Of a DNA stretch of 64,000 nucleotides, positions 49,912 to 63,882 are shown piece by piece. The position numbers were made by a program, and so were the translations under genes. The stretch is from Chiloscyllium plagiosum (Eukaryota), in contig NC_057742.1 in NCBI RefSeq assembly GCF_004010195.1, positions 31,456,479 to 31,520,478 on the forward strand, written 5' to 3'. The notes below the pieces were generated by a model. The model had not been told where the DNA came from. It saw only the letters and a list, made by a program, of their open reading frames with translations, and searched no databases. Position 1 is the stretch's first letter. Each line of letters opens with the position of its first letter.

Positions 49912-51258
49912 AGAGAAAGTGAGAACCGTAGGTGGTAGAGATCAGAGTTGAAAAGTGTGGTGCTGGAAAAACAGAGCAGGTCAGGCACTATGCAAGGAAC
50001 AGGAGAGTCGATATTTCAGACATAAGGCCTTCATGAGGAATGTGGGTGGGGGGGGTGCGTCTGACAGATAAGACAGAAAAATAAGAGGGTGGGAGGGAAG
50101 GTAGCTGGGAAGGTGATAGGTAGATGCAGGTGGGGGTGTGAATGTGATAGGGAAGGAAGATGGACAGGTAGGACAGTTCAAGAGGACGTGCCCAGTTGGA
50201 GGGTTGGATCTGGGATGAGGTGGGGGAGGGGAGATAAGGAAACTGGTGAAGTCGAAGTTGATGCCATGTAGTTGGTGGCTCCCAAGGCAGAAGATGAGAC
50301 GTTCTTCCTCTAGTCATCGGGTAGCTTGGATTTGGCAGTGGAGGCGGCCTAGGACTTGCATATCCTTGCTGGAGTGGGAGGGGGAGTTGAAGTAGTCGGC
50401 CACAGGATGATGGGGTTGTTTGGTGCATGTGTCCCAGAGATGTTCCCTCAGCGAGGTGGCGTCCTGTCTCCTCAATGTAGAGGAGACCACATCAAGAGCA
50501 ATGGGCACAGTAGTGCACAAAAATCTCTGCCAGATGTGGAAAGATCCCTTGGGGCCTTGGTCGGAGGTGAAGGGGTAGGTATAGCTCAGGTTTTACACCT
50601 CTTGAAGCAGCAAGGTACGGTTCCAGGAATGGAGGGTGAGTTGGTGGGGACGTGGACCTAACAAGGGAGTCGCGGAGGGAATGGTCTCCACGTAATGCAG
50701 ATAGGGGTGGGGAGGTCTGATTGCAGGTGGCGGAAATGGCAGAGGATAATGCGTTGTGTCTAGAGATTAGTGGGGTGAAAGGTGACAACCAGGGAGTCCT
50801 ATCCTTGTTGCAGTTGAGGGACTGAAGTCAAGGGCAGAAGTGCAGGAAGTGGAGGAGATACGCTGGAGGGCATTGTAGATCACGTGGGAAGAGAAACTGT
50901 AGTCAGTCCAAATGTGCAGGTTAGGTGAATTGGCCAAGCTAAATTGCCCTTAGTGTTAGGTGCAAGGGCAAATGTAGGGGAATGGGTCTGGGTGGGTGCG
51001 CTTTAGCGGGTCGGTGTGGACTTGTTGGGCCAAAGGGCCGTCCAAATGTGCAGGTTAGGTGAATTGGCCAAGCTAAATTGCCCTTAGTGTTAGGTGCAAG
51101 GGCAAATGTAGGGGAATGGGTCTGTTTGGTGCGCTTTAGCGGGTCGGTGTGGACTTGTTGGGCCAAAGGGCCTGTTTCCACACTAAGTAATCTAAGAAAC
51201 TGTAGTCCTTGAATCTGGAATGTCCTGGAGAGGAACTGCTCTTCCTGGGAGCAGATCG
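49912..51258 (-). mobile_element. Penelope-like element, 5' truncated, with nested SINE fragments
   Basis: Reverse complement of the family at 10759-12111 (HPVADYFNSPSHS...MQVLG), with TSD CTAAATG at 49905-49911 and 51259-51265. Confidence 0.85.
50905..51194 (+). mobile_element. Two tandem 3' halves of the HE1-type SINE inside a single TSD
   Basis: Units at about 50906-51039 and 51040-51194, with TSD AGAAACTGTAGTC at 50892-50904 and 51195-51207. Confidence 0.88.
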
Positions 51259-54200
51259 CTAAATGCTTGTAATAAATAGTGACTTTTGTTCAGTCTCCAA
51301 ATCTAGAAAATCCTTTCTATTAATCCAGGTAAATAGAAAACCAGGTAAATTGGGGAACTTTGCATACATTATAAAATCTTTAACTTTTTTGACCATTCCG
51401 GAATAGCAGGGCTCAATATCCAGCGAGTCATAACGATAGGAAGATCCCATATTCAACCAATAGTCTGTGCTGAGATTAGTGATCACAGCACTCATTTAAA
51501 AAGTGAAGACCACCTTAAATAAAATGACTTATTTTGTTGTGTTATAAAGGAACCAGCCATATGCATATTGTACTTTGCAGTGTTTCACACTATGGGATGA
51601 AATACATTTGCTGCCATTGAAGGTCGCTTTGGCAGAAGAAGTGCTTTAATGACAAACAGTTCAAACAACGACTCATAACTGAATGTTATTTTGAAAAACA
51701 TGGCAGGGAGCATTTTTCTTTGGAAACATATAATTTATCAAAAAAAGTGAAAGCTCATTTTGGGGGTCAAGTGAGGCATTCTATCTACCAGAACTTAGAA
51801 AAATGAAAGAGGATTGAAAAATTGGTGAAAAGCTAATGCAAGAGAAAGAAGTTGTTATGTGCTGTATAATATTTAGGTTCTTAATGGAGAACAAGCATTT
51901 TGACATGTAGCATAATATTATACCACTAAGGGAGTTTGGATTGCATGCATTCATATTCACTGATAAGTTCGACTGTAATACTAGTCATCAATGCAGTATC
52001 TGCCTGAGTGACTGAACTGTGCTTTGATAAAATTGTATTACAATTGTACTTTTATATCATTTAGATAGATTTGGCAAATAGACAACAACTTTACAGACCT
52101 AAATGCACATTTAGTTTGAAATTCAGATACACCAGGAAGAGTTAAGATGCGTAGATGTTTGAAATGGATGCTGATATCAATTGCATTTTCATAAGTTGAA
52201 AGTGGGAGGTAATGGAGGGTAAAAAAAGCAGCAAGTACATGAAGCTGGAGTTGCACAACACAAAGAATTCAAAATGTGCACCCACTATGGTTAGTGAGTC
52301 ACTGTGTCAAACAAATCAGGGTGGTCTCAGTTTTGAATTAGAATTATACAGATGGAAGCTTTTAAGCTTTTCTTGCTTGTATGCAGTTTTTGCAAGAGTC
52401 ATATGATTAGTTCCATTCACCTGCTGCCCCCCACCCCCATAAATGGGGAACTAAATTTTATTCTATTGCATAGTTAATATGTAGTTCCCTCCTGAAGGTT
52501 AATATTGAAACTATTTCCACCACCCTTTCAGAAAGTGCATTTTGCATCAAGATTCACTGGAAAACAAAATTTCTCGACCACCTTAAATTTATTTCCTGTG
52601 GTCACTAACAACTTTGTCACCTAATTATATCTCCCCATTTATTCAAAATCCTTCAATTTTGAACATTTATCTCAAAAACTCCCCTTCACTTATTTTGCTT
52701 TGAGAACAAGTTATCTCCTCTCTCCACAAAATATCCATGATATTATTCATGTAAATCACACTCTACTTCCTCTGCATGGTTTGAGCATCCTTCTTAAAAC
52801 AGTGCAGAAAACAAGAAGCATTCCAGCTGAGGTCTAACCAATGGTTAAGATATTGAGCTATACTTCCTTATTTCTGTTCCCTATATCTTTACTTATAAAG
52901 GCATATATGCCCAATGTTTTCATCTTACGATAAGCAACATCAACTTATTCTACCACCTTCAAATATTTGTCTATGTAAACTTGAGGTTTCAGTATTCTTG
53001 CACGACCTTTAAAATTATACAACTTAGTTTACAGAGTCTTTGATTTTTTTTCTTCCAAATACAGTACATCACTTCACACTTCTTGGAATAAGTAATTTGT
53101 CATGGTTCTGCACTAGCTCTGATGGTTTGAGTTTGCCAAACTCAATCTGAGTGACAGTAGCCATATCAGATAAAACAAAAGGTCAAATTGTGTTATGCAA
53201 GATTGCAATCTTAACACTGTGCAAAAACAGGAAGCAATACCAGAAAACAGGAACGTAAATCACATGCCCAACAGCACTGGAAACTCCCCATTTAGTTGAA
53301 AGGTATTGGTTAGATTTCAGACTTTTTAAACAACACTGCTTGACAACAGCCTCCATGGCAAGATCATATTTTTGCAATCTGAAATCAGTTCTTTCACTTT
53401 CTGTACCTGATATAACATTTGATAAGTATATTTTAATAGCCAGTAAGCAAATTGATTTCTCTCCAAGCACAGATCAGATGGCAATATTACTTTCAACAAA
53501 ATCCTACAGGTTAGTAACAGGCAATTTGATTTACAAACTATTTGGCCCAACATCTGTGTTACATAAGTTACAAAATATATTGAACAATGGTCTGCAAATG
53601 AATTTATGCTTTCTCCAGACCAAATCGGTCCACGTGGGTTAACCCTGTGACTGAGCATTGTCTTCTCCATATTAAACAACTTCACAGCTACAACAGTGAC
53701 TTCACTCCAAAAGAATTTTATTGACTGTAAAACTGCTTTAGGATGGCCACAGTAGAGATGCTAATTTTCGTTCACAGAAAGACCACTTGGTTTAAGCTCC
53801 TGGAATTCTGGATCAAATTCCAATAATAATCTGCTGTTTACAACAGAACACAAATTCTTCTCTACTGGTTCCACAAAAACACAGAACTGTCATTCAAGTC
53901 TTTAATCTTGGCATTTAATCCTACTTTTGGGTCAGCATGCCCATGAAATGTACAGGTGTCTTAGTACAGTACACTAGTACACCTTTTAGGTCTGTGAGGA
54001 TACTGTCAAATTTTGGAATATGACCAATCTATATATTCATTTCAAAACCATGACCTTGAGCTTTGAGAGTCCTGAAGATGTAGTTAACAAACAGTATTTC
54101 TGGATTTTAGTACTTAATAATAAGCTTCAATGTATTGAGGCACCGCAGATGCTGCATCCCAATATCTAACATCAGGCAACTTGTTTTCCTTCATCTTTAA

Positions 54201-54737
54201 ACAGGCATGATGCAGGTCAAGTGACACACAAGCAAATCCATAGTTTCTTTAAAAAAAATTCTTCTAAATCTCCTGTATGTTTTCTTCATTTGCTTCCACT
54301 CAATTTTTTTAAAAAAAAAGTTACAAAATAAGGATTGGTTAAAATTGATAATATTGCCTGTATCATTCACGTACAAGTTGCTGTGAAGGCTGTGTTTGCC
54401 TGAAAACAATGTGCAAGGTTGCCAACAACACTGCAGCCTGCTACCAGCTAATTGCAATTGGAGTTGAGCAATTCTTTACGTTTTCAGTAGAGTCTAGCTC
54501 TGTTTTCTACAAAAATATCAATTGTGTCATTCTTGTCACAATCCGGGGTCAACACAGCACACAATGCTATCGCCACCACTGAAATCCAATCCATTTTCAA
54601 AAGTCAATATTCTGTTGCAAGATTGGTTTTGAAAATAATCTGCCCTCTATTACAGGCTCAGTATTTTTAATCTATACCGGTCTTGAGTACTGCCTTAGCT
54701 TTGTAAACCAGATCTATTTTGCACATTTCTTCAGCTG

Positions 54738-56570
54738 CCTTGTACAACTAGGCGTGAGGCCTTCAGATCAAGCGACCCACTCAACTCTAAGGAATCCAAG
54801 AATCACCTTCACAGAGTCATTAAGACAGCCAAGGGCCAATACTGATCCAAACCAGAGACCCAGACAGACACGCGGCGACTATGGCAAGGACTGAATGACA
54901 TCACAGGTTCTAAAAAGAGACAGTGTCAGATAGCAGATACACATCCCTGCCAGATCGTCTCAACACCTTCTATGCTTACTTTGAGCAGAACTTCAGCGGA
55001 GAGGTAACACCTATTCTGACAAGTCCTGACAAACCTATCCCAACAGTCACTGCATTAGAGGTCAGATCAGTTTTCCTTTGTGTGAACCCAGGGAAAGCGA
55101 TGGGACCAGACGAAGTACCAGGCCATGCACTGAGAGCATGCACAGATCAACTGGCAGAGGTGTTCTCGGACATCTTCAACCGCTCCCTGCAGCAGGCCAC
55201 TGTCCCTGTCTGTTTCAAGAGGGCCAACGTCATCCCTGTGCCTAAGGAGGCTCATACAGCATGTCTCAATGACTACCACCTAGTGGCCCTAACTTCAGTG
55301 GTCATGAAGTGCTTTGGAAGGCTGGTCATGGCATCAATCAACTTCAGCCTCCCCGCTACTCTTGATCCACTCCAATTTGCCTATCAGACCAACAGATCCA
55401 CGTCAGATGCCATACCACTTGCCCTTCACTCCTCCCTAGAACATCTTGACACCAAGAACAGCTACGTAAGAATTCTATTCATTGACTACAGTTCAGCCTT
55501 CAATACTATCATCCCCTCGAGACTGATTACTAAGCTTAGTGATCTCGGACTAAACCCCATTTTCTGCAACTGGATCCTCAGTTTCCTGACCTACAGGCCA
55601 CAATCAGTGAAGATTGGGTACAATATTGCATCCTCACTAACACTCAACATTGCAGCCCCCCAGGGGTGCGTACTGTACTCACTGTATAACCACGACTGCA
55701 TCACCAAATACTAGACTAATGCCATTTACAAGTTCACTGATGACCCAACCATGGTCGGTCGAATCTCAGATGGCAACGAAATAGACTACAGTCAGGAGGT
55801 GGAAGACCTGGAAAAATGGTGCACTGAGAACAACCTAGCTCTCAATGCCAGCAAAACTAAGGAACTCATTATTGACTTTCGGCGGGATGTTACTCCTGCC
55901 CCCCTACATATTCACAGCACAGAGGTGGAATGAGTGTAGAGTGTCAAGCTCCTGGGAGTGGTCATCCACAACAAGCTTTCTTGGACTCTTCATGTGGACG
56001 TACAGGTTACAAAGGCCCAACAACATCTCTTCTTTCTCAGGCAACTGAGGAAATTTGGCATGATGGCAAATACCCTTGCCAACTTTTATAGGTGCGCCAT
56101 CAAGAGCATTCTGTCTGAATGTATCACTATCTGGTATGGCAACTGTACCATTCAAGATCGAAGACAGTTACAGAGAGTGGTGAACTCAGCCCTGACAATC
56201 ACCAAGGCCAACCTCCCAGCTATGGAATCCATCTATCAGGCCCGCTGTCAAGGAAAGGCCACCAGCATTCTCAAAGATCCATCCTACCCTGACAATGCTT
56301 TTCTACAACCTGTACCATTGGGGAGAAGGTACAGAAGCCTGAACACACACACACACAGCCGGTTTTGAAAAAGTTTCTACCTTACTGTTAGAATACTGAA
56401 TAGACTCTCAAACTCTTAACATTCGCCTGTATCTGTTTTTTTGGTTTTGCTGCTGTTTACCTATTATTTACCTATCTATGCTACTTAACTCTGATCTGCC
56501 TATATTGCTTGCAAGACAAAGCTTTTCACTGTGCCTTGGTACACACGACAATAAATTCAATTCAAATCAA
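54738..56570 (+). mobile_element. Rex1/Babar-like LINE, 5' truncated (same family as 6952-9303)
   Basis: 263-aa RT segment (LDPLQFAY, ILFIDYSSAFNTI, PQGCVL), (AATTC)n tail, and candidate TSD TTCAGCTG at 54730-54737 and 56571-56578. Confidence 0.9.
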
Positions 56571-58254
56571 TTCAGCTGGATATTGAACGAAAGCAATAGA
56601 AACTTAGCAGTTGTGGCAGCATCTGTGGAAAAAGAAAATGTCAATATGGATACTGAATGACTTACTGCATGGAATTCACTAGGGTCTGTGTCCCCTCAAG
56701 TGGACAGTGTTTGGTCCTGAGCATACTTCTCTTGGGTTACATACAAATTCTTTGTCCCTGCCTTAAGAATTAATGGGGCAATCTCAAACAAATTATTGAA
56801 GTCAACCATAATTACTTACCACCCTAAATTCAAGCAGCGGTCAATTATTCTATCCATTCCAAAAGTATGAAAGTGTTAATTTGATAATGTGAGAATATTC
56901 ATGACAGTTCATATTCATATGAACTGCGCATGTACAAATGCACAAACACATACATAGACAGAGTTCAGGACACATTACGTGGTACACAGACCGGTTAAAA
57001 ACTACATAGCCTCAGGCAAAAATCAGTGTTTAGTTCTGAGAACCCAGTGGCAAAGAAAACAGTAATCCACTACGAAATGTTTATTAAAATGAAAGGTAAC
57101 ATTTCAAACAATTCTGAATGCATTGTTAGGTTGTTTTAAATAAGCAAGCATTATTGTTAACACACAGAAATGTAGAAGCTTTTTAAAACCAAGCCCACTC
57201 CACATTTCAATGAGATCATGGCTGATCGTGAATTAAGTTCACATCCTTTAATATTTTTGGTTAACAATTTTAAATGAGATTAACAGATTTTTAATCGTTG
57301 ACATAGAAGCAACTGCCACAGCAGAGTTTGCAAAACTCCAGTAATTGAAGTGTTACCTAAATTCATCCCTAAAAAGCTTTGATTTTAACTCAGACTATCT
57401 CCTAGTGCTAGGCTCATGCATGAGGAGAAATAATTTTCTCTCTTCCCAACTGAACAGGTTTTGTTAATATTTTTAAAACATCATTCAAATCAACCCTCAA
57501 CTTACTGAATACCGGGACAAACAATCTCGATTTGTAATCTCTCCTCGTAAATTAACTTCCAAAGTTCAAGCATCATTCTGGTGAAATTATTCTATAATTC
57601 CTCCTTTGCCAACACAAGGTCCACTTGCCATTCATCCAGCTGCTCTGTGTACTTACATGTGTCGATATCTGAGAACCAGTGTCTCCAGCATTAAGGAGGA
57701 ACAGCCCAATGTGACGAGAAATTAAGTTTTTAAATAAAGTACCTTACTAAATATTGCACAGTAATGTTCTTGCATATGCAAGCTCCATTGCATACACTAA
57801 CCGAATTTAGAGCTTGGGCTTTCAGAAAACCAAATGAAAGTGACTGTATGCTTCTCAGAAACCACACTTCTTGAAAAATTTGCTTTCTGCCACACAGCAT
57901 TCTATATGAAGCCCCAAGGGAAAGCAGCTAATCTTGCCTTGCCATACTGTGACAATCCAGACTGCAGGGGTGAGCTGGAGACATGAGAGAGAACACGAGT
58001 GAGTGAGCATGTGAGTCAGAGTAAATGTACGTGTATATAAGAGAGGGAGATCTCATCTATACTAACGTATATTCAACATCAGGAACAGAGAGATTGCTGC
58101 CATGGTAGACATTCTATTCACAAAACAAAAAGCTTGAGAGTAAAGTGATTGAGCATACCAGCGAAGTACTTCTCAAGTGTTGTTACTGTTGCAAAGTACA
58201 AAAATACGACAGTTAATCTGCACACAGCAAACTGCAAAAACAATCACTAGTTTC

Positions 58255-58570
58255 CACACACTACAGACAAAGGAGGACACCACATACATCCTAGGACAGG
58301 CGAAACAAAGACATGCATGAGAATGCTTAGAGGCATGGCATGCGCACCAGAACTCCATCAATAAACATAGATTTAGATCCTATCTACCTTCCCTTGAAAA
58401 AAGAACCGTAAATGTCTTCACCCACCTTAAGAAACCAAGACCTAGAAAGAGAGAGACGGGACATGCTACCAGCGCTTCACCGGAGACTCTCACTGATGAT
58501 GTTACCTAGTCATGGTGACGAAACGTCTGAAAACAAACATTCCAGCTCAGCGAGCTAACTTACATACTTA
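58255..58570 (+). mobile_element. Penelope-like element 3' end, second family
   Basis: ILGQAKQRHA*ECLEAWH...SINKH GIY-YIG C-terminal remnant followed by a hammerhead motif. Confidence 0.75.
58488..58532 (+). ncRNA. Minimal type I hammerhead ribozyme, core intact
   Basis: TCA-CTGATGA-t-GTTACC-tagtcat-GGTGAC-GAAA-C-GTC-TGA: conserved core, 6-bp stem II, ACGT palindrome at stem III, GUC cleavage triplet and 3-bp stem I. Confidence 0.7.
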
Positions 58571-59739
58571 TAAAAATCTTCTATTTGAGTGATAAATGTT
58601 GTTTGGCTATTAAGCAGTGAAGTTCTGCACACATGACAGTAATCTGTGCAATGAATTGTGCTAAATATTGAAGACACCACAATTTAATACTTCGTTGTGA
58701 AGTTATAATTTGTACTTTAAAAAATGAATTTATAGGAAGCAATTTATGTTATCAACCATAGAAAGGATTACCAACTCTTGCCCATATGATGTTAGAGAAG
58801 TTGTAGGCCATTTGATCCATCAAGTCTGCTTCACCATACAAAGAGATCATGATTCATCTAATAATCCTTAACTCCATTTTCCTGCTTTTCCCCACAACCT
58901 TTGATTCCCTTACCAATTCCCTTCCTAGACTCTTCCCCAACTGAAACAACATAACAGGACCTACAGTATCAAATATTCTTACATTGAATACCATGTGCAC
59001 CCACCACCCCCAAGGTCTGGTCCAGTCTCATTCAACAGTCCAAAGACGTGTAGATTAGATTGACCGGTCATGTCAAATTGAATAGTATCTGGAGATGCGG
59101 TTAGCTGGATTAGCCACGGTAAATGCGGGATTACAGGGATGGATAGGGAGTAGGGTACTGGGCAGGGATGGGATGCTCTTCAGCAGAATGGAGCAGAGCA
59201 GATGCAATGGGACAAATGACCTCTTTTCGTACTGTAAGTATTCTCTGATTCTATTATCTAAACCTGTATACTAGCTTTTCATGATTTATGTACAAGAACT
59301 CCCATAACCCATTCCATAGCTTTCTGCAGGCTCTCGCTATTCAAGTAATATTCAGCTCCTCTATTCTTCCTGCCACAGTAGATAAACTCATGTTTTCCCA
59401 CCTTAATTTCCACCGGCCAAGTTTTTGCCCAATCACTTAACCTGTCTATATCCCACTGTAGTTTGTGTCATCCTCACCATTTGTCTTCTTATCTGTTTTT
59501 GCATTATCTGTAAACTTGGCTATAATATATTCACTTTCCTCATCCAATTCATTATATATACTGTAAATAATCACTTAACAATAGTCAATACGGTCCACTG
59601 TTAGCAAGCATCAGTCATACAAACATGAAGAACTCTTATGGCTGATAAGTGAGCTATGTTTCTAAGCCAAATTTCAATTTTGAAATAGAATATGTTAGAG
59701 AGAGACAATTACACTTTCAACAAAAGCAAGATTTTCCGA

Positions 59740-60125
59740 TGGGTTATCACTAGTATACTTACATACAGATGAAGAAGGACAGCGCTTTGACTGGGACAAC
59801 ACATCCATCTTACAACAAGCTAAACAGAGACACGCACGGGAATTCCTACAGGCCTGGCACTCCAACTGGAACTCCATCAATAAACACATCCATTTGGACC
59901 CCATCTACCATCCTCTGAGAAAAAGAACTGGAAATGATATCACCCACCTTAAGAAACCAAGACACATAAATAGCAAGCAGGACATAACACCAGCGCTTCA
60001 CCAAAGGCTAACTGATGATGTTACCTAGTATGGTGACAAAACGTCTGAAAACAAACATTCCAGCTCAGCGAGCAAACTTACAACCAGAACCTCAACCTGA
60101 GCTACAAATCTTCTCAAAAATCGCA
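59740..60125 (+). mobile_element. Penelope-like element 3' end, second family (hammerhead GAAA mutated to AAAA)
   Basis: HTDEEGQRFDWDNTSILQQAKQRHAREFLQAWHSNWNSINKH, paralogous to 58255-58570. Confidence 0.8.
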
Positions 60126-60214
60126 AACCCTAAATCATAGAGACCTTATTATCTTGAGTCGTATCTGTGGACTCACCACTCAAGGACAATTGTAGGTGAA
60201 AATGGGTTGGCTTC

Positions 60215-60955
60215 CATGCCTTTCATGACCTTATACTCCTGTACAAACGCCCCCCTCAGTCTCCCTCGCTTAAAAGAAAAACCTCTCCTGATAGCTCAGA
60301 ACACTGAATCCACACACAACATCCTTGTAAATTTCTTCTGCACTCTTTCCAGTTTAATAATATCCTTCCTATATCAAGGTGACCAAAACTGAACACAATA
60401 CTCCAAGTGCGGTCTCACCAATGTCCTTACAAGTGCAACATAACTTCCCACTTCTATACTCAATGCCCTGACTGATGAAGGCCACTATGCCCTGTCTACC
60501 AGTGACTCCACTTTCAGAGAACTGTGCACCTGAACGCCAAGGTCCGTCTGTTCCACTATACTCCTTAAGACCTACCATTCACCATGAAACTTCTACCTTG
60601 ATTTGACTTTCCAAAATGCTAGACTTCACACTTATCTATATTAACGTCCCATTTGCCATTTCTCAGCCTATTTCGCCCGTTGATTAAGGCCCTGCTGCAA
60701 TTTCTGATAACCTTCTTCACTGTCCACGATACCGCCTATTTAAGTGTCATCTACAAACTTACTAATCATGCCTTGTGTATTCTCATCCAATTCATCGAAG
60801 CAGGTGACAAACAGTAATAGGCCCAGCACCAATCCCTGAGGCAATCGACTGGACACAGGCCTCCGGTGCGGCAAGCATCCTTCCACTGTTAACCTTGGCT
60901 TACTACCATCAAGCCAATTTTGTATCCAATTTGCCAGCTCCCCCTGGATTCAATG
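60215..60955 (-). mobile_element. CR1-clade LINE fragment
   Basis: Minus-strand RT remnants (SKFVDDT; AFISQGIEYRS). Confidence 0.75.
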
Positions 60956-62884
60956 ATATATTAGATAATCATCATTTTATAACATTGTAATCAATCTCTC
61001 CCCACCCCCACTATTACTCTGCATTGACTTCATCTTCCAGTTTTACAGCTCCCTAATTTCCCCACCTCCTTAAAAGTGTCCTTAAATAGAAAAAGTGAAT
61101 TCAGGACAAACTTATTTGCCTAAAAAAAGGTAACAAATGGAACTTATCACCATAGTGGTTCAAATAAATATCAGAGGGGCAAGTCCAAAGGAGAAAGAAA
61201 AAAAAGTTTATGCTGAAGGGACATGGAAACGAGCGATTATTTTGCCTTGGTCTTCAATTCCACGTGATACTAATGAAGCCAGAAATTTTCTCAGTCATTC
61301 ACTCACCTCCACCTTCATTCTCCACTAAAAAAGTTTTCCTCAATCCCATCTCATCTGCTCCCCTCAGCATTTCTTGTTTTGTCCTTTCAAGACTTCTCTC
61401 AAAGCTCTTGAGGTCCACCTCCTGTTTCTTTTACCTGATTCCCATTAATTGAAATTTTCTTGACCCCCCTGGATTGTCAGTCACTGCACTTCATTCTCAG
61501 ACCTTATCACTATCTAAATGTGCAAGCTATTATATTATCTCCAAAGCCCTTGAACATTGCTGAATACTCATGGGAGTCGTGGTCTTAAAAACTAACAATA
61601 TTTTCAACACTTTGCAGCAACATACCCTCTTGGTTTTCATCTGAGTAAAATAGACTATTTGAAGACAATTGGCCAAATTTTGCTATAGAATGAACAGTCA
61701 GTGCTCACCATTATTCAAGTGAAATATGTCAGTAACTTCAAGCCTCCACACTTTGCTTACAATGTAGCATTGCTGAAATACTCATGAGTTAAAATTTTAA
61801 AATAATAACATGAATCAGTGTGAAGTTTCTGTACATTTATGATAAACCCATTAGGAAAAGTTGCAGACTGTCTGTTCTAATGGAAATACATTTATAAACC
61901 ATAATGAACACTTAACCATTCATCTGCCACAAATTAAAGTCTATGCTATTTTTAAAAAATATGAAAACATCTGTCTGAAATCCACATATATTGTGAGCAT
62001 CTAAGATAAACCCAACAGCTGCCAGTCAGGATGCAGTTCAAGTAAAGATGTCAGCAGTAAGTTCAGTGAAATCAGTCTCAATTCAAAATTGGCAGAGGGT
62101 GGGTTACAGTCCTACTGTAATGCAGGACTAAGGAAGTGCGGCATTTATTTTTTGGATATGATAGTAAACCAAAACCTCATCTACCTCTTAACATTCCACA
62201 TGTGGTTATGAACGACTCCCTGATTTGCTCAGTCCTGACAGCCCTCAAATCTAAAACTCTCTTTTAAATCATTCCATGGTCTCAACCCTCTCCAGCATTC
62301 CAAGATATGTACAATCCTCCAATTTCAGCCTCTCATATAATCGCTAATTTCCATCATTCCACTTCAGCTGCCCAAGCCTAATCTCAGTTATTCATTTCCT
62401 TATCCGGTCTCCCTACTTCTCTCCATTTTACAATTTATCTCCTTGTTGAACTTTGAACACCTTACTTAATATCTCCATGATGCTTGATGTTAAATTTAGT
62501 TCAATAATGCTCACAAAGCATCAGGCCCTTTTACTTCAAAAGGACTATACGATTGGCAGTTGCAATTTACTTCACTACTGTTCATAAATTTGCTGCTTAC
62601 TTACACTTATCGCATTTTGTAGTTACTTAACTGGTCATAAAGCTTTATGAAACATTCAAGGCTTTGAACTGTGCTAAATAAATGATAGTCCTTTAATCAA
62701 CAGTTTTAATCCAGTTCCACTACAGATGCCATCCACTTGACAAATAACAATACTTCTCTTAAGACTGCATCGGATCTTATTCTAACTGTATCCAACTTGT
62801 TTTCCAGAAATTAGAATATTTAAGTGTCACAGAGTCTTAGTCATCAATGTTAAACTATGATATTGCTCTTAAAAGTTATCAGTT

Positions 62885-63882
62885 CGCAGATTAGATCACA
62901 TGGGATCCATGGAGTGCTAGCCATTTGGATACAAAGTTGGCTTGAACATAGGAGACAGAGGTTGGTGATAGAGGGTTGCTTTCCCGACTGGAAGCCTGTG
63001 ACCAAAGATATGTCACAAGGATCGATGCAGGGTCAACCACCTTTTGTTATTTATATGTGAATGGTCAGTAAGTTTGCAGAATGACACCAAAATAGGTGGT
63101 GTAGTAGATGGAGTTTAAGTAAACATGAGGAATTGCATTTTGGTAAGGCAAACAAGGGCAGGACTTATAAGTTAATGGTAGGGCCCTCGGAGCGTTGCTG
63201 AACAAAGATTTAGCACTGTAGGCGCATACAGAGTAGCTCCTTCAAAATGGAGTCATAGGTAGACAGGGTGGTGAAGAAGGCATTTAGCACACTTGACTCC
63301 ATCGGTCAGTGCATTGAGTATAGGATTTGGAACATCATGTTGCAGCTGTCCAGGACATTGGTAAGCCACTTTCAGATTACTGCATACAATTCTGGTTGCC
63401 CTGCTTTAGGAAGGATGCTGTTAAGGTTGAGAGGGTGCAGAAAAGATTTACAGGAATGTTGCCAGGACAGGAGGATTTGAGCTATAGGGAGAAGTTGAAT
63501 GGGCTGAGGCCTTTTACCCCAGAATGTCAGAAGCTGACGGGTGACCTTACAGAGGTTTATAGAGTCATGAGGGAGATGGATTGGCTGAATAGCTGAGGTC
63601 TTTTTCCCCCCCCAAGGTTTGGGAGTCCCAAACTAGAGAACATAGGTTTAAGGCCTAAGAAGTAACTTTTTAATGCAGAGGATGGTGCATGTATGGAGCA
63701 AACAGGAAGTCATAAAAGCTCACACAATTGAAGAGGCATCGGGACAGGTATATGAATATGATGGGTTTAGAAGGATACAGACCAAATGAGGGCAAATGGG
63801 ACTAGATCAGATTGGGATGACTGGTCAGCACAGATGAGTTAGACTGAACAGTCTGTTTTCATGCTGTACAAATTTATGACTC
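62885..63882 (+). mobile_element. CR1-clade LINE 3' portion
   Basis: IRSHGIHGVLAIWIQSWL and VERVQKRFTGMLPG motifs, plus a 3' tail. Confidence 0.85.

Noticed and set aside
54923-55714. Longest ORF (263 aa) as a host gene
   Set aside because: It is a reverse-transcriptase segment of a truncated LINE, with stops immediately downstream.
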